In this document: positions 19,797 through 20,781 of the stretch, in pieces
How positions within the stretch are numbered: position 1 is the stretch's first letter
Layout: each line of letters starts with the position of its first letter
Origin: Octopus sinensis
Taxonomy: Eukaryota
NCBI RefSeq assembly: GCF_006345805.1
Contig: NW_021824083.1
Coordinates: 1 to 20,781 of the forward strand
DNA length: 20,781 nucleotides
Direction: 5' to 3'
The notes under the pieces: generated by a model
Told to the model about the DNA's origin: nothing
What the model saw: only the letters and a program-made list of their open reading frames with translations
Database searches by the model: none
Translations under genes and position numbers: made by a program

Positions 19797-19897
19797 TTTT
19801 TTACTGATGAAGTGTAACCTATGGTAGATTAGCTTAATTTAATTTAATTAAGCTAATTAATCATTAATGACACAGAAACGTTGCAACGTCTAAAAGA
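19797..19897 (+). ncRNA. Type I hammerhead-like ribozyme motif, right arm copy 4
   Basis: CTGATGA at 19804-19810, GTC at 19888-19890, stem I intact. Confidence 0.72.
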
Positions 19898-20527
19898 TGA
19901 ATTAGGGTAAATGTTTTTAAATTTTCACCTAATTTCTGAATTACTACTACTTGGCGTGTGAGTTATGGCTGCTCTTTCTGGTGACGAATGACCTGTTAGG
20001 GTCACTCCTAAATTGTTATATATATATATATATTTAGATTTATATTACCAGGTTTCTTCATGTATGTGTGTCTATTTATATATTTATTTATTTATTTATT
20101 CATTCATTTATATTACCTGAACATCCAAACTTCCTCATTCTACATTGAGAGAAAGACGGGATGGACGCTTCATTTTTGTGCTGGTGCCGCATTATGTCCT
20201 ACGCGACTGTGAGGATTTGCATCCCCAACATAGAATTTATGATGTAATACATGTCCTTGAAGTAGTAATTGTGCGCGGCTGAAGAAGGCCATAGACACAC
20301 ATTATGCATTGTTATAAATCCGTCTAATAAAGGCCCGAAACATATGTACCACTGAATCTTTGGCATCATGTTTTTATTTTGATTAATATACTCTACCACC
20401 TACACCACCAAATGGTATATACAGATGCTTACAATTATCAAGTATTCACCCTATGTATATATATATAGGTGAGAGAGTTTGTGTTTGAAAGCACGTGGTT
20501 GGATGTATAAAAAATAAAAAAAGAGAA

Positions 20528-20781
20528 AAAAAAACTACAGAAGGCTTCTGTTATAAGGTTAAAAATGAATGCCTCCCTCTGCCTGGAACTCAATATTTCA
20601 CAACATAGCGAAGACATGACACGATGTAGGTAAAGAAACTTGAGAAATTTGAAAAGAAAATACGAAACTGGTTATTTCTCCGAAAATTATCTTACTATAC
20701 ACAAAATTTTCTAACATTTTTCTAACATAGCGACTTAAATATATTATTTAACCTATAACACAAGCCTTCTGTAGTTTTTTT
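20528..20781. mobile_element. MITE-like element with ~35-bp imperfect terminal inverted repeats (reaches the window edge)
   Basis: aaaaaaactacagaaggcttctgttataaggttaaa (20528-20563) versus tttaacctataacacaagccttctgtagttttttt (20747-20781). No ORF inside. Confidence 0.6.

Larger units (their letters stand above)
18188..20021 (+). repeat. Right (inverted) arm of the tandem array: about 3.9 units; hammerhead on the plus strand
   Basis: agcgataaatttc recurs at 18188, 18656, 19128 and 19600. It is the reverse complement of the left-arm unit and ends in (TA)n. Confidence 0.97.

Noticed and set aside
14351-20021. CRISPR-like or centromeric/telomeric interpretation of the tandem array
   Set aside because: There are no unique spacers, cas genes or telomere motif. 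The context is eukaryotic, and the hammerhead motif explains the unit better.
20199-20399. 66-aa minus-strand ORF
   Set aside because: No recognisable motif or convincing splice context; its length is within chance expectation.

Overview
This is eukaryotic, AT-rich, repeat-saturated non-genic DNA with no supportable host protein-coding exon. The tRNA-derived SINE families and the (TA)n/(AAT)n density resemble octopus (cephalopod) genomes; this is recognition from memory, not a database hit. Contents: (i) about 14 SINE copies or fragments from about 4 families, three of them head-to-tail trimers; (ii) a gag/ORF1-only retro-element with a CCHC knuckle (about 2241-3975, minus strand) that lacks RT and ends in the same 3' tail as the commonest SINE; (iii) several decayed R4/Dong-type (RLE) LINE fragments next to (AAT)n tracts; (iv) a Penelope-like fragment with a minimal hammerhead motif; (v) a MITE-like element at the right edge. 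The highlight is a 5.7-kb array (14351-about 20021) of a ~472-474-bp unit: 8 copies plus a 46-bp partial, a 3-bp-spacer fold-back at 18185-18187, then ~3.9 inverted copies. Every unit carries a type I hammerhead-ribozyme-like motif (CUGAUGA...GAAA...GUC with stems I-III), so it looks like a retrozyme or ribozyme-satellite array, not an inert satellite. Activity is untested, and the core has a non-canonical A.A at the base of stem II.
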